Of a DNA stretch of 62,090 nucleotides, positions 36,655 to 45,959 are shown piece by piece. Made by a program: the position numbers and the translations under genes. Positions within the stretch are counted from its first letter, which is position 1. Every line of letters begins with the position of its first letter. Under the pieces are notes generated by a model, which saw only the letters and a program-made list of their open reading frames with translations, was not told where the DNA came from and ran no database searches. The DNA is from Candidatus Aenigmatarchaeota archaeon (GTDB lineage Archaea; Aenigmatarchaeota; Aenigmatarchaeia; GW2011-AR5; JAGGXF01): positions 1 through 62,090 of the forward strand of contig JAGGXF010000014.1 of assembly GCA_021163205.1 (NCBI GenBank), in the 5' to 3' direction.

Positions 36655-37668
36655 TTATGACAGCATATGTTTTATTTTCTTAGCAACAGCGCCGGGGTCT
36701 GACGCTTTAGTTATCGCGCCGCCGACTATTATAACTTCTGCACCGGCTTTTACGATGTTTTCGGCTGTATTCGGGTTTATGCCACCAGCACAGGCAACCG
36801 GTATAGTCACAGCAGCAGATATATTTTTTATGCTCTCTGGTGGGACCTCTTTTCCACGAACTTGATCATCTATGGGAACATGATAACATATATAATCTAC
36901 ACCCAAGTTTTCCAACTCTTTGGCTCTCTTAATAACGCCGTCCTCGCCCACATGATCACGTATACCAATTAGGTCAGCCATCGCCTTCTTTCCATGCTCT
37001 TTGGCAACGAGAACAGCTTTTTTTATCTCTTCGTCTGAAGTCGCAGCAATGATACATGCTATGTCTGCTCCTGCCTTGAAAGCAGCCTCGAACTCTTTAT
37101 CGGCAGAAGATATTGTTTTCAGATCAGCAACAATAACCTTGTCTGGATAACGTTCTCTTAATTTCTTAACAGCCTCAAGACCAATTTCCTTGAATTTATA
37201 GCCATGTATCTTTATCGCATCTTCAGGCATGTCAACAATAATGTCTTGCCATCTTGCTTTGATGTCTTTCATGCGGCTGAGCATCATATCCTTTCCGAGC
37301 AACTGCTCCATGCCTGTCTCGTCTATCAAAACCTTGATACCAGCTTCTTTCGCTGTATTTATACACTCTTCAAGCGTTGATAAAGGAGCAATTCCGGGTA
37401 TTAACACAATATCTGCGCCTGCGTTTATTGCCAAACCCATTTCGAGCTCTCCAACATCCATTGGTTTCATATCTAAAACAATTGTCTTGTCTGGGTTTTC
37501 GTCCCTTGTTTTTTTAACAAGAGACATACCAACTGCCTTGATAAGTGGTGTTCCCGCCTCAACAAAATCAATATAATCCTTGCAAGCATCTGCTATCTTT
37601 ATAGCATCTTCTATTTTCGTGAAATCGAGTGCCACTTGTAGTTTCGCTCTGACCATATGAGCATTCAC
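36655..37668 (-). CDS. 3-hexulose-6-phosphate synthase (OMPDC-superfamily barrel) with an internal partial duplication, 337 aa
   Basis: Motifs LQVALD, EAGTPLIK, LDMKPMD (DxKxxD), GVDYICYHVPIDDQ, ACAGGI and IIVGGAI. There is an extra second copy of the strand 2-4 region (see findings). Confidence 0.85.
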   Translation of the reverse strand: MNAHMVRAKLQVALDFTKIEDAIKIADACKDYIDFVEAGTPLIKAVGMSLVKKTRDENPDKTIVLDMKPMDVGELEMGLAINAGADIVLIPGIAPLSTLEECINTAKEAGIKVLIDETGMEQLLGKDMMLSRMKDIKARWQDIIVDMPEDAIKIHGYKFKEIGLEAVKKLRERYPDKVIVADLKTISSADKEFEAAFKAGADIACIIAATSDEEIKKAVLVAKEHGKKAMADLIGIRDHVGEDGVIKRAKELENLGVDYICYHVPIDDQVRGKEVPPESIKNISAAVTIPVACAGGINPNTAENIVKAGAEVIIVGGAITKASDPGAVAKKIKHMLS

Positions 37669-38106
37669 CTATTCATAAGTAATAGCGTTTATCTTTTTAA
37701 CCCTTTTAACATGTCTTCCGCCATCAAAATCTGTGCTAAGCCAAATATCGACTATCTTTAGTGCAAGCTCTTGGTCTATTAGTCTCGCTCCTATACATAA
37801 AATGTTTGCATCGTTGTGTCGTCTGCTCATTTCAGCAGATTTTTCATCCCAACAAACCGCTGCTCTTATCCCCGAGACCTTATTAGCAGCTATGCTCATG
37901 CCAATACCTGTGCCACATATGAGGATACCTTTTTCTGCCTCATTGCTTGAAACTGCTCTAGCAACCTTCTCTGCATAATCTGGATAGTCAACAGATTCTT
38001 CAGAAAAGCACCCATAATCTTTTATCTCTAGTCCCTTCTTTTCTAAATATTGCTTAATTTTTTCTTTCAGCCCAAAACCAGCATGGTCGCTTCCCAACGC
38101 TATCAT
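37669..38106 (-). CDS. rpiB: Ribose-5-phosphate isomerase B
   Basis: Motifs IALGSDHAGFGLKE and ICGTGIGMSIAANK. Confidence 0.93.
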   Translation of the reverse strand: MIALGSDHAGFGLKEKIKQYLEKKGLEIKDYGCFSEESVDYPDYAEKVARAVSSNEAEKGILICGTGIGMSIAANKVSGIRAAVCWDEKSAEMSRRHNDANILCIGARLIDQELALKIVDIWLSTDFDGGRHVKRVKKINAITYE

Positions 38107-38226
38107 ATAATTACAACCTATTCACAACATATGTTTACTAAAACAACTAGGTGATTTGCCACACATTAGCTTGCATTTTAATAATTTAATAAATTATATA
38201 AATTAAATATTTTTGAGGTGTGGTAA

Positions 38227-39150
38227 TTGTTTGAAACTACGAAAAGTCTTAAAACAAAGTTGCTCGGTATAAATCTCTCAAACCCAACCATAATGCCCGC
38301 CGGTTTTCTTGGCGTTTCTGCCGACTCCCTAATAAGAGCCTATGAGAATGGCGCGGGCGCTGTTACGACAAAATCGATAAGTCTTGAAGAAAGAAATGGG
38401 CATGCAAATCCAACAGTGCTGTCGTTTGGATATGGTCTGATAAATGCCGTCGGTCTCTCGAATCCTGGAATAGACGAATACGTGGAAGAGATAAAAGAAG
38501 TCAAAAAGAGGAAGATTCCACTGATTCTCAATACAATAGGTGATGATAACCAAGACTTTGTCGATGTCGCAAAAATGGGAGAAGCAGCTGGTGTAGATAT
38601 TATCGAGATTAACATCTCCTGTCCCAATGTAGTTCACAGAAAACCATATTATGCTGACCCAGAGCTTCTAAGTGGTCTTGTTCAGGAGGTCAAAGATGCC
38701 GTGTCAATACCCATCATAGTTAAGCTTTCTCCAAATGTTACTAATATTAAAGAAATAGCAAAGGCTGTTGAGCTGGCCGGGGCAGACGGTATTTCAGCTA
38801 TAAACACCGTGGGTCCGGGGATGATAATAAACATAGAAACAGCAAAACCGGTGATGGCTTTCAAAAAAGGCGGGCTCTCTGGACCAGCAATAAAACCCAT
38901 CGCAATTCGTTGCGTTTATGATATATACGAAGCAGTTTCCATTCCAATAATCGGCATGGGTGGTATCACAAATGGAAGAGATTTGATAGAAATGATAATG
39001 GCTGGTGCAACTGCCGTTGGTGTCGGCTCTGCAATATATTACCGCGGTTTGGATGTTTTCAAAAAAATCTGTGCTGAAGCTCATGAATGGATGAGAGATA
39101 ATGGTTATAGTAGCATAAAACAAATAATAGGTGCTGCGCATGAGTCATAA
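38227..39150 (+). CDS. pyrD: Dihydroorotate dehydrogenase 1B, catalytic subunit
   Basis: TTG start 6 nt after GAGGTG. Motifs VTTKSI, EINISCPN, GGLSGPAIKPIA and GMGGI. Confidence 0.92.
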   Translation: MFETTKSLKTKLLGINLSNPTIMPAGFLGVSADSLIRAYENGAGAVTTKSISLEERNGHANPTVLSFGYGLINAVGLSNPGIDEYVEEIKEVKKRKIPLILNTIGDDNQDFVDVAKMGEAAGVDIIEINISCPNVVHRKPYYADPELLSGLVQEVKDAVSIPIIVKLSPNVTNIKEIAKAVELAGADGISAINTVGPGMIINIETAKPVMAFKKGGLSGPAIKPIAIRCVYDIYEAVSIPIIGMGGITNGRDLIEMIMAGATAVGVGSAIYYRGLDVFKKICAEAHEWMRDNGYSSIKQIIGAAHES

Positions 39151-39976
39151 TACAGACCCCAATAATCTTGCTAATAATTTTGCGAAATACACGGCTCTGC
39201 CAAGAACTGTAAAAATAAAAAAAGTGGTCGATGAAACGAGAAAAATAAAAACTTTTTTTCTCGATACAAAGATTTGGGCAGCTCCGGGTCAGTTCATCAT
39301 GGTATGGATTCCCGGAGTTGATGAAAAACCTTTTGGCTTATCTTATATAGGAAATGATACTGCTATAACTATACAGCCTAAGGGGAAATTTACAAAAAAA
39401 ATGCTTGGACTTTCTGTCGGAGATAGAATAGGAGTAAGGGGACCTTATGGTAATGGATTCACGTTGAAAAAGAATGCATGCATCATTGCTGGGGGATGCG
39501 GAATCATACCGCTAGCACCGCTGGCTGAGATGATTAAAAATTGCGTAGTTATCATCGGTGCAAAGACGTCTGAGGATTTACTCTTTATAGAAAGAATGAG
39601 AAAAGCTTCCGAACTTTATATAGCAACAGATGATGGCTCCTCGGGAGCAAAAGGCTACGCAACAGACATATTAAGAAAACTTCTAAAAGAAAAAACATTT
39701 GATGTAATTTATACCTGTGGACCAGAGGCCATGATAAAATCCGTGTTTGATATAGCCGAAGAACATGGAATAGAAACCCAGGCTTCTCTCGAACGCTTTA
39801 TGAAGTGTGGCTTTGGGGTGTGTGGTCAGTGCGTCATAAATGGTTTTCGAGTCTGTAAAGATGGTCCTGTCTTCTCTTCAGAACAACTTAGAAAAATGAC
39901 AGAACTGGGAAAATTTGCGCGCCTTAAGAGTGGAAGAAAAGTAACAGTGAAAGAATACTACAACTGGAGAAGCTGA
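39131..39976 (+). CDS. pyrK: Dihydroorotate dehydrogenase electron-transfer subunit
   Basis: FNR-like FAD/NAD fold (GGCGIIPL) and a C-terminal 2Fe-2S motif CGFGVCGQC. Confidence 0.9.
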   Translation: MLRMSHNTDPNNLANNFAKYTALPRTVKIKKVVDETRKIKTFFLDTKIWAAPGQFIMVWIPGVDEKPFGLSYIGNDTAITIQPKGKFTKKMLGLSVGDRIGVRGPYGNGFTLKKNACIIAGGCGIIPLAPLAEMIKNCVVIIGAKTSEDLLFIERMRKASELYIATDDGSSGAKGYATDILRKLLKEKTFDVIYTCGPEAMIKSVFDIAEEHGIETQASLERFMKCGFGVCGQCVINGFRVCKDGPVFSSEQLRKMTELGKFARLKSGRKVTVKEYYNWRS

Positions 39977-39994
39977 TAAAGGAGTATGGAAGTT

Positions 39995-41269
39995 ATGCTT
40001 GCCTTGGTAAATGGTAAAGTTTTTATAAAGGGCCGTCTTATCAAGGCCAACCTGATTCTCAGTAAGAGGATAGAAAAAATTACAAAAGAGAAACCCGCTG
40101 TAGATAACACTATTGACTGCTCTGGAAAAATAATCATACCAGGACTCATAGACCCCCACGTCCACTTTCGTGACCCGGGCCAAACCTACAAAGAGGACTG
40201 GACTAGTGGGTCAAAAGCAGCGGCACACGGTGGTGTAACGACCGTTCTTGACATGCCTAACAATGTTCCGCCGATTACAACACCGGAAAGACTAAAAGAA
40301 AAAATAGAAATAGCGAAAAAGAAATCAATAGTAAACTTTGGATTGTATTTTGGCATTGGACCAAGTAATCTTGAAACTTTAGGCGAAGTCAAAAATATTG
40401 TGTGTGGGTATAAAATGTTCATGTGCAAGAGCACTGGTGACCTGCTTCTGACGGATGTAAAAAAACAGGAACATGCTTTCGAGACCGTTTCAAAAACAGA
40501 AAAGGTTCTTGCTGTCCACGCAGAAACGCCAGAGATAAACGAAGCCGCGATGAAAAATAAAATAGAAGACCTCCCTGAAAGCTACGCCAACACAAAACCA
40601 CCCGAATCAGAAATAAAGGCAATAGAAAAGGCTTTGAGTATGACAAAAGTTTATGACACAAAACTTCATGTTGTCCATCTAACAACTGCTGGTGGGATAG
40701 AATTAATAAAGAACGCTAAAATGCAAGGATTGGACGTGACGACAGAAACGTGTCCACATTATCTATTTTTTACAAAAACTAATATGCGAAAGAAGAAAGC
40801 TTTTTTATCGATGAATCCGCCGCTAAGAACCAAAAAGGATCAAGCTGCACTGTGGTCAGCCATCAGTGCCGGTACCATAGACATGATATCAACAGACCAC
40901 GCTCCACATACAATAGAAGAAAAATCGCAAAGCGTGTGGACAGCACCGGGCGGGGTTCCTGGCGTCGAAACCAGAGCAGGCTTAATGATCGATGCTGTTA
41001 ACAAAAGATTGTTAAGCTTCGAGCGGTTCGTGGAGATTTGCTGCGAAAATCCTGCAAAGCGATTTGACATAAAAGAAAGAGGATTTATAGAAGCGGGATT
41101 TTTTGCTGATATAACTGTAGTGGATATGAAAAAACATTACACAATAAAAACAGATAACTTGTATACAAAATGTGGTTGGTCCCCGTTTGAAGGATTCAAA
41201 TTAAAAGGTTGTCCTGTTATGACTATATCAGAAGGTAAAATAATTATGGAAGATGGGGTGGTTTTATGA
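39995..41269 (+). CDS. pyrC: Dihydroorotase
   Basis: Motifs PGLIDPHVHFRDPG, VHAE and STDHAPH. AAGGAG sits 10 nt before the ATG at 39995; the ORF track starts at 39986. Confidence 0.92.
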   Translation: MLALVNGKVFIKGRLIKANLILSKRIEKITKEKPAVDNTIDCSGKIIIPGLIDPHVHFRDPGQTYKEDWTSGSKAAAHGGVTTVLDMPNNVPPITTPERLKEKIEIAKKKSIVNFGLYFGIGPSNLETLGEVKNIVCGYKMFMCKSTGDLLLTDVKKQEHAFETVSKTEKVLAVHAETPEINEAAMKNKIEDLPESYANTKPPESEIKAIEKALSMTKVYDTKLHVVHLTTAGGIELIKNAKMQGLDVTTETCPHYLFFTKTNMRKKKAFLSMNPPLRTKKDQAALWSAISAGTIDMISTDHAPHTIEEKSQSVWTAPGGVPGVETRAGLMIDAVNKRLLSFERFVEICCENPAKRFDIKERGFIEAGFFADITVVDMKKHYTIKTDNLYTKCGWSPFEGFKLKGCPVMTISEGKIIMEDGVVL

Positions 41270-41949
41270 TATCAAAAGCGGAGAGAGATGAGATATCTGA
41301 AATACTTTTGAAGGTTAAAGCTATTTCTGTCAACATAAAGACCCCTTTTGTTCTTGTGTCGGGAATACACTCTCCTGTTTATGTTGACTGTAGAAGAATA
41401 ATATCCTTCCCAAAGGAGAGAACAAGAATAATAGAGCTGTTCGAAAAAATAGTTAAAGAAGACATTGGATTAGAGAATATAGATGTGATTGCTGGAGGAG
41501 CAACAGCAGGAATACCATACGCTGCATTTCTCTCGCAGAAAATCGAAAAGCCATTAATATATGTGAGGAAAAAACCCAAAGAATATGGAGAAAGAAAACA
41601 AACCGAAGGCGTTTTGAAAAAAGATGATCGGGTGGTTCTGGTCGAAGACCTCGTTACAGATGGAAATAGTAAAATTAATTTCTTCAATGGCATAAGAAAT
41701 GATGGCGGTGTGCCTAAATATTGCATGGTTGTTTTCAGTTATGGAAGACCGGTAATTCTTGAAAAAATGAAAAAAGCCGGTGTCGAATTATTTTGGTTAA
41801 CCGACTGGAAAAATACTTTAGACCTTACCAAAAGAAAGGGTTACTTTTCTGAGGATGAATATAGAGTAGTGGCAGAGTTCTTGAAAGACCCCATAGCTTG
41901 GGATAGAAAATGGACCTCTGGAGAGAAAGATTTTGGTGAAGAAGGATGA
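41266..41949 (+). CDS. pyrE: Orotate phosphoribosyltransferase (with a roughly 45-aa C-terminal extension)
   Basis: PRPP loop VVLVEDLVTDGNS. ATGA overlaps at both ends. Confidence 0.9.
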   Translation: MISKAERDEISEILLKVKAISVNIKTPFVLVSGIHSPVYVDCRRIISFPKERTRIIELFEKIVKEDIGLENIDVIAGGATAGIPYAAFLSQKIEKPLIYVRKKPKEYGERKQTEGVLKKDDRVVLVEDLVTDGNSKINFFNGIRNDGGVPKYCMVVFSYGRPVILEKMKKAGVELFWLTDWKNTLDLTKRKGYFSEDEYRVVAEFLKDPIAWDRKWTSGEKDFGEEG

Positions 41950-42737
41950 ATTTCATAGAGAAATATGAAAAAGCGCGTGATGAAAAAAACAGCATAATCT
42001 CTGTCGGACTAGACCCCCTTCTGGATAACATGAAACTAAAAGAAAAGCCGACTGACATGGAAAAAATTAGTGAGCTTTTTTTCAATTTTTGTATGGAACT
42101 AATAGACAACACGGGGGACTACGCGTGTGCTATAAAACCAAACACGCAGTTCATTCTCTTTCCGTTAACACTTAATCAAATAAAAAAGATAAACAAGAGA
42201 GCACATGACTACGGACTCGTTAGTATATTGGACCATAAACTCGGAGACATCGGCTCTACTAACGCGTCTGCACTATACTGGATAAAGCAGGCTGGTTTCG
42301 ATGCTTTAACATTTTCTCCATTCGCAGGAAACATAAAAGAAGCCACAAAACAGGCGCATGCGCAAGGACTCGGTTTGATATGTCTTACACTTATGTCAAA
42401 CCCAGATTCTGTTTGGGTCCAGAAAGAAGCTATGAGTAATGGAATGCCACTATATGAAAAAATAGCTCATGAAATTAAAAATAGCGACGCAGATGGATGT
42501 GTTGTTGGTGCGACTGGTCATGTAACAGATGAAAACATAAAAAAGATAAGAACTATTGTTGGTAATGATAGGGTATTTTTATGTCCTGGTATTGGCGCAC
42601 AAGGAGGAGATATTAAAAAGATATTGAGAAATGCTGGAAAAAACATACTTATTCATGTTGGCCGCTCTATCATGTACGCAGATGACCAGAAAAAAGCTGC
42701 TGAAGAGTTCTGCAATCTAATCAACAATTATAGATAA
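41946..42737 (+). CDS. pyrF: Orotidine-5'-phosphate decarboxylase
   Basis: Motifs SVGLDP, DHKLGDIGST (DxKxxD) and PGIGAQGG. Confidence 0.88.
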   Translation: MNFIEKYEKARDEKNSIISVGLDPLLDNMKLKEKPTDMEKISELFFNFCMELIDNTGDYACAIKPNTQFILFPLTLNQIKKINKRAHDYGLVSILDHKLGDIGSTNASALYWIKQAGFDALTFSPFAGNIKEATKQAHAQGLGLICLTLMSNPDSVWVQKEAMSNGMPLYEKIAHEIKNSDADGCVVGATGHVTDENIKKIRTIVGNDRVFLCPGIGAQGGDIKKILRNAGKNILIHVGRSIMYADDQKKAAEEFCNLINNYR

Positions 42738-42758
42738 TCTTGCTGGGTTTTAGAATCT

Positions 42759-43217
42759 TTACAACTTCTCCAAGAGATCGTGCTCGTTAAAAACACGTTC
42801 ACAGTAATAACATCTTACTTTAAGCGGGTCAGCAGCCTCCACTAGAAGTCTTGGTTTTACTGGTTCTCTCTGGTTTGTTATGCAAGAAGGATTTGGACAA
42901 CTTACAACATCAATAACATCAGGTATTTTTATCTTTCTCTTCTCAACAACATTAAAGTCTTTTATTATATTGACAGTCGCCCCGGGAGCAAGCAATGCTA
43001 TTTTATCGACCACCAAATCTTCAAAACCTTTGCCTTCTATTTTTATTATATCTTTTTTGTTCTGTCTTGTGCTTGAAACATTCATGAGAATGCTTATCGT
43101 TTCCTCTGTCTGGTTGTCTACACCCAATATTTTCATAATGTCTGGCGATTTACCAGCTGGCAAATGATCTAGAACAATGCCATTTTCAATTTTTCTCACT
43201 TTCAATTCTTCATTCAT
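42759..43217 (-). CDS. pyrI: Aspartate carbamoyltransferase regulatory chain
   Basis: Motifs KIENGIVLDHL plus the zinc site CPNPSCIT...CYYCE. Confidence 0.93.
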   Translation of the reverse strand: MNEELKVRKIENGIVLDHLPAGKSPDIMKILGVDNQTEETISILMNVSSTRQNKKDIIKIEGKGFEDLVVDKIALLAPGATVNIIKDFNVVEKRKIKIPDVIDVVSCPNPSCITNQREPVKPRLLVEAADPLKVRCYYCERVFNEHDLLEKL

Positions 43218-43232
43218 GATAATACCTCCCTT

Positions 43233-44144
43233 TCATATGTCGGCCATAACCATTGCGAGCAGGGCCATTCTAGTAGGAACACCGTAAAAAGATTGAACAA
43301 AATATTTTGCTCTTCTATCATTATCAACCCCGGGTGATATTTCATTAACCCTTGGTAGAGGATGCATTATCATCGTTTCTTCTCCAAGTTCCTTTAATGT
43401 CTCTTCGTCAAGGATATACGCGCTGGCAACCCGTTGATATTCTTCTATATCAGGGAATCGCTCTTTCTGTATTCTTGTCAGATATAAAACATCAGACTTT
43501 ACTTCTATGCTATTTATTTCCTTGACACTTATTCCAGATGATTTTAAATCGGCAACAATCCATCGTGGCATCCTGAGTGATGGTGGAGAAGCAAATACGA
43601 ATGAAACATCGAACTTACTTAGTGCGTATGCAAGAGAATGAACTGTCCTACCGTACTTCAAATCTCCGGCAAGCGTCACCTTCAAGCCATCGAGTTTTCC
43701 TTTTTCCTTAAGAATTGTATACATGTCCAAGAGAGCCTGCGTTGGATGTTGGTTAGAACCGTCTCCACCATTAATTATAGGAACCTCACTAAATTTTGCA
43801 GCCAATGCCGCCGCACCTTCATTTGGATGTCGGATAACTATTGCATTTGCGTATCCTTCAACAACCCTTATGGTGTCTGCAAGCGTTTCACCCTTCTTCA
43901 CAGACGACGTCCTCGGATCATCAAAACCAACAACAGTTCCACCGAGCAGATTCATTGCAGCCATAAAAGACAATTTTGTTCTTGTCGATGGCTCAAAAAA
44001 CAGAGTAGCTAGTGTTTTACCTTTTAGCATATCTACCTGTTTTTTTGCTTTGGCAATTGGCTCCATCTTTTTAGTTTTTTCAAGGACATCTTCAATAAAA
44101 TCTCTACTCATATTTCGTGTTGATATTATATCCATCTTTTTCAT
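43233..44144 (-). CDS. pyrB: Aspartate carbamoyltransferase catalytic chain
   Basis: Motifs STRTKLSF, HPTQ and HPLPR. Confidence 0.94.
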   Translation of the reverse strand: MKKMDIISTRNMSRDFIEDVLEKTKKMEPIAKAKKQVDMLKGKTLATLFFEPSTRTKLSFMAAMNLLGGTVVGFDDPRTSSVKKGETLADTIRVVEGYANAIVIRHPNEGAAALAAKFSEVPIINGGDGSNQHPTQALLDMYTILKEKGKLDGLKVTLAGDLKYGRTVHSLAYALSKFDVSFVFASPPSLRMPRWIVADLKSSGISVKEINSIEVKSDVLYLTRIQKERFPDIEEYQRVASAYILDEETLKELGEETMIMHPLPRVNEISPGVDNDRRAKYFVQSFYGVPTRMALLAMVMADI

Positions 44145-44177
44145 CTCATCACCAACTAAATAATTTTATATAATAAC

Positions 44178-45095
44178 TCAAACTCCCATCAAAGACACCA
44201 TTATAGCCTTTTGTACATGCAGCCTGTTTTCTGCCTCGTCAAATACAATCGAGTGCGGCCCATCTATAACATCGTCTGTTATTTCTTGTCCCCTATGTGC
44301 TGGTAGACAGTGCATCACTAAAACATCTTTGCTGGCGTGGCTGACCAATTTTTCATTCACCTGGTATGGCCGCAAATCCTTTATTCTCTGTTCAGCGTCT
44401 TCTTGCCCCATACTAACCCAAGTATCTGTATATATAATATCTGCGTTCATCACCCCTCTTATCGGATCGTGTTCCACAGTTATATTACCAGCAGCCTGTT
44501 TCTTCGCCGCATTCAGTATTTCAGGATTCGGTGTGTAAACGTCTTTGTCGGGGCAAACCGCAACAACATCTGCTCCCAACTTCGAAAAACCTATTATGGT
44601 AGAATTACACATGTTGAACCCGCAATCACCCAAAAAGGCTACTTTAAGTCCCTTGATTTTTCCTCTTTTTTCTATAACTGTCATCATATCAGCCATTGTT
44701 TGGCAGGGATGATATAAATCAGTAAGTGCATTTATGACAGGTATTGACGACGCATTTGCCAATTCAACAAGGTCCGTTTGTTTGTAAAGTCTAGCCATCA
44801 GTATATCACAATATCTACTCAGAACCTTTGAGGTGTCTGATATGGTTTCACCCCGACCAAGTTGTGTTGTTCGGAAATCAAGATATATAGCATGGCCCCC
44901 AAGCTGTGTCATACCAACCTCGAAAGAAATTCTTGTTCTTGTTGAGGGCTTCTGAAAAAGCATGCCCAATGTCTTATTCGGTAAGTTCTTAACCGTCTTG
45001 CCGGACTTCATGTCGATCGCCAAATCTATTATCTCTTTTAGCTCTTCTGTCTTGTAGTCCAAGAGTGTTAAGAAATGTCTTCCCTTTATATTCAT
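44178..45095 (-). CDS. argF: Ornithine carbamoyltransferase
   Basis: Motifs STRTRISFE, HPCQ, DTWVSMGQE and HCLPAHRGQE. Confidence 0.88.
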   Translation of the reverse strand: MNIKGRHFLTLLDYKTEELKEIIDLAIDMKSGKTVKNLPNKTLGMLFQKPSTRTRISFEVGMTQLGGHAIYLDFRTTQLGRGETISDTSKVLSRYCDILMARLYKQTDLVELANASSIPVINALTDLYHPCQTMADMMTVIEKRGKIKGLKVAFLGDCGFNMCNSTIIGFSKLGADVVAVCPDKDVYTPNPEILNAAKKQAAGNITVEHDPIRGVMNADIIYTDTWVSMGQEDAEQRIKDLRPYQVNEKLVSHASKDVLVMHCLPAHRGQEITDDVIDGPHSIVFDEAENRLHVQKAIMVSLMGV

Positions 45096-45300
45096 TCAAT
45101 CACCCCTGTTACTAAAATAATTTAAGAAGGGAGAGAAGCAGTTCTTTTTTCTTTCATCTCCTCTTATAGGCGTGTGTAAGTTCATTGAACCCTTCGATAC
45201 TTAGATTACTAAACTTTATAAAATATTTGGTATCTGTCAAAAAGAAAAAGTTTTAAATTGTTTCTCTAATAATAGTTATTTGTATTTTTCTTTCTGGCTT

Positions 45301-45936
45301 TCATCCAAGAATTTTTACGTCTATACCAGAATCCTTAAGCAATTCAGCAAAATCTTCTGCATCTTTTCTTGAACCCACGATACTTCCCCAATGCATGGGT
45401 ATCGCTATCTTTGGTTTTATAGCTTTTGCTGCTTCAGCCGCTTCTTGAGCATTCATCGTATATGTTCCTCCCACTGGCAACAAGGCAACGTCTATATCTG
45501 AAAGCGATTTCATCTCTGGTATTTTGTCCGTGTCACCGGCGTGATAAATCTTTTTTTCGTTAATTTCTATCACAAACCCAACGCCCCTTCCCTTTGGATG
45601 AAACGACTTTCCTATGTTGTAGGAAGGAATCGTCTGTATTTTTATACCGTCCAATACTTTTGTATCGTTCTGCCCGACTGGTTCGAAGCCTTCTGGAATC
45701 TTTCCCGAGCATGACTCAGGCGCAAATATTTTTGTATTTTCTTTTTTTATCATTCTTATCTTTTCTGCATCGCAATGGTCGTAGTGGTCATGAGTAATTA
45801 ATATCAGATCGGCTTTCTCTGCATCTTTAAGAATATACGGATCTATGTAGATGACCTTTTCATTGGTTTTAATCTTAAACGAAGCGTGGCCCAACCATTG
45901 TATATTAATTCCGTCTATAGAAAAACTATCTGACAT
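45301..45936 (-). CDS. Metallo-beta-lactamase-fold hydrolase (UPF0173-like)
   Basis: Motifs WLGHASFKI and ITHDHYDHCD, plus downstream His/Asp ligands. Confidence 0.8.
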   Translation of the reverse strand: MSDSFSIDGINIQWLGHASFKIKTNEKVIYIDPYILKDAEKADLILITHDHYDHCDAEKIRMIKKENTKIFAPESCSGKIPEGFEPVGQNDTKVLDGIKIQTIPSYNIGKSFHPKGRGVGFVIEINEKKIYHAGDTDKIPEMKSLSDIDVALLPVGGTYTMNAQEAAEAAKAIKPKIAIPMHWGSIVGSRKDAEDFAELLKDSGIDVKILG

Positions 45937-45959
45937 GCAAACACCCCAAAAAAGATAAC

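Noticed and set aside
45096-45300. Possible leader peptide upstream of argF (minus strand MKEKRTASLPS, directly after GAGGAG) as an arginine-attenuation uORF.
   Set aside because: It is only 11 codons with a single Arg codon. There is no spacing between the SD-like motif and the ATG, and no alternative hairpins are evident.
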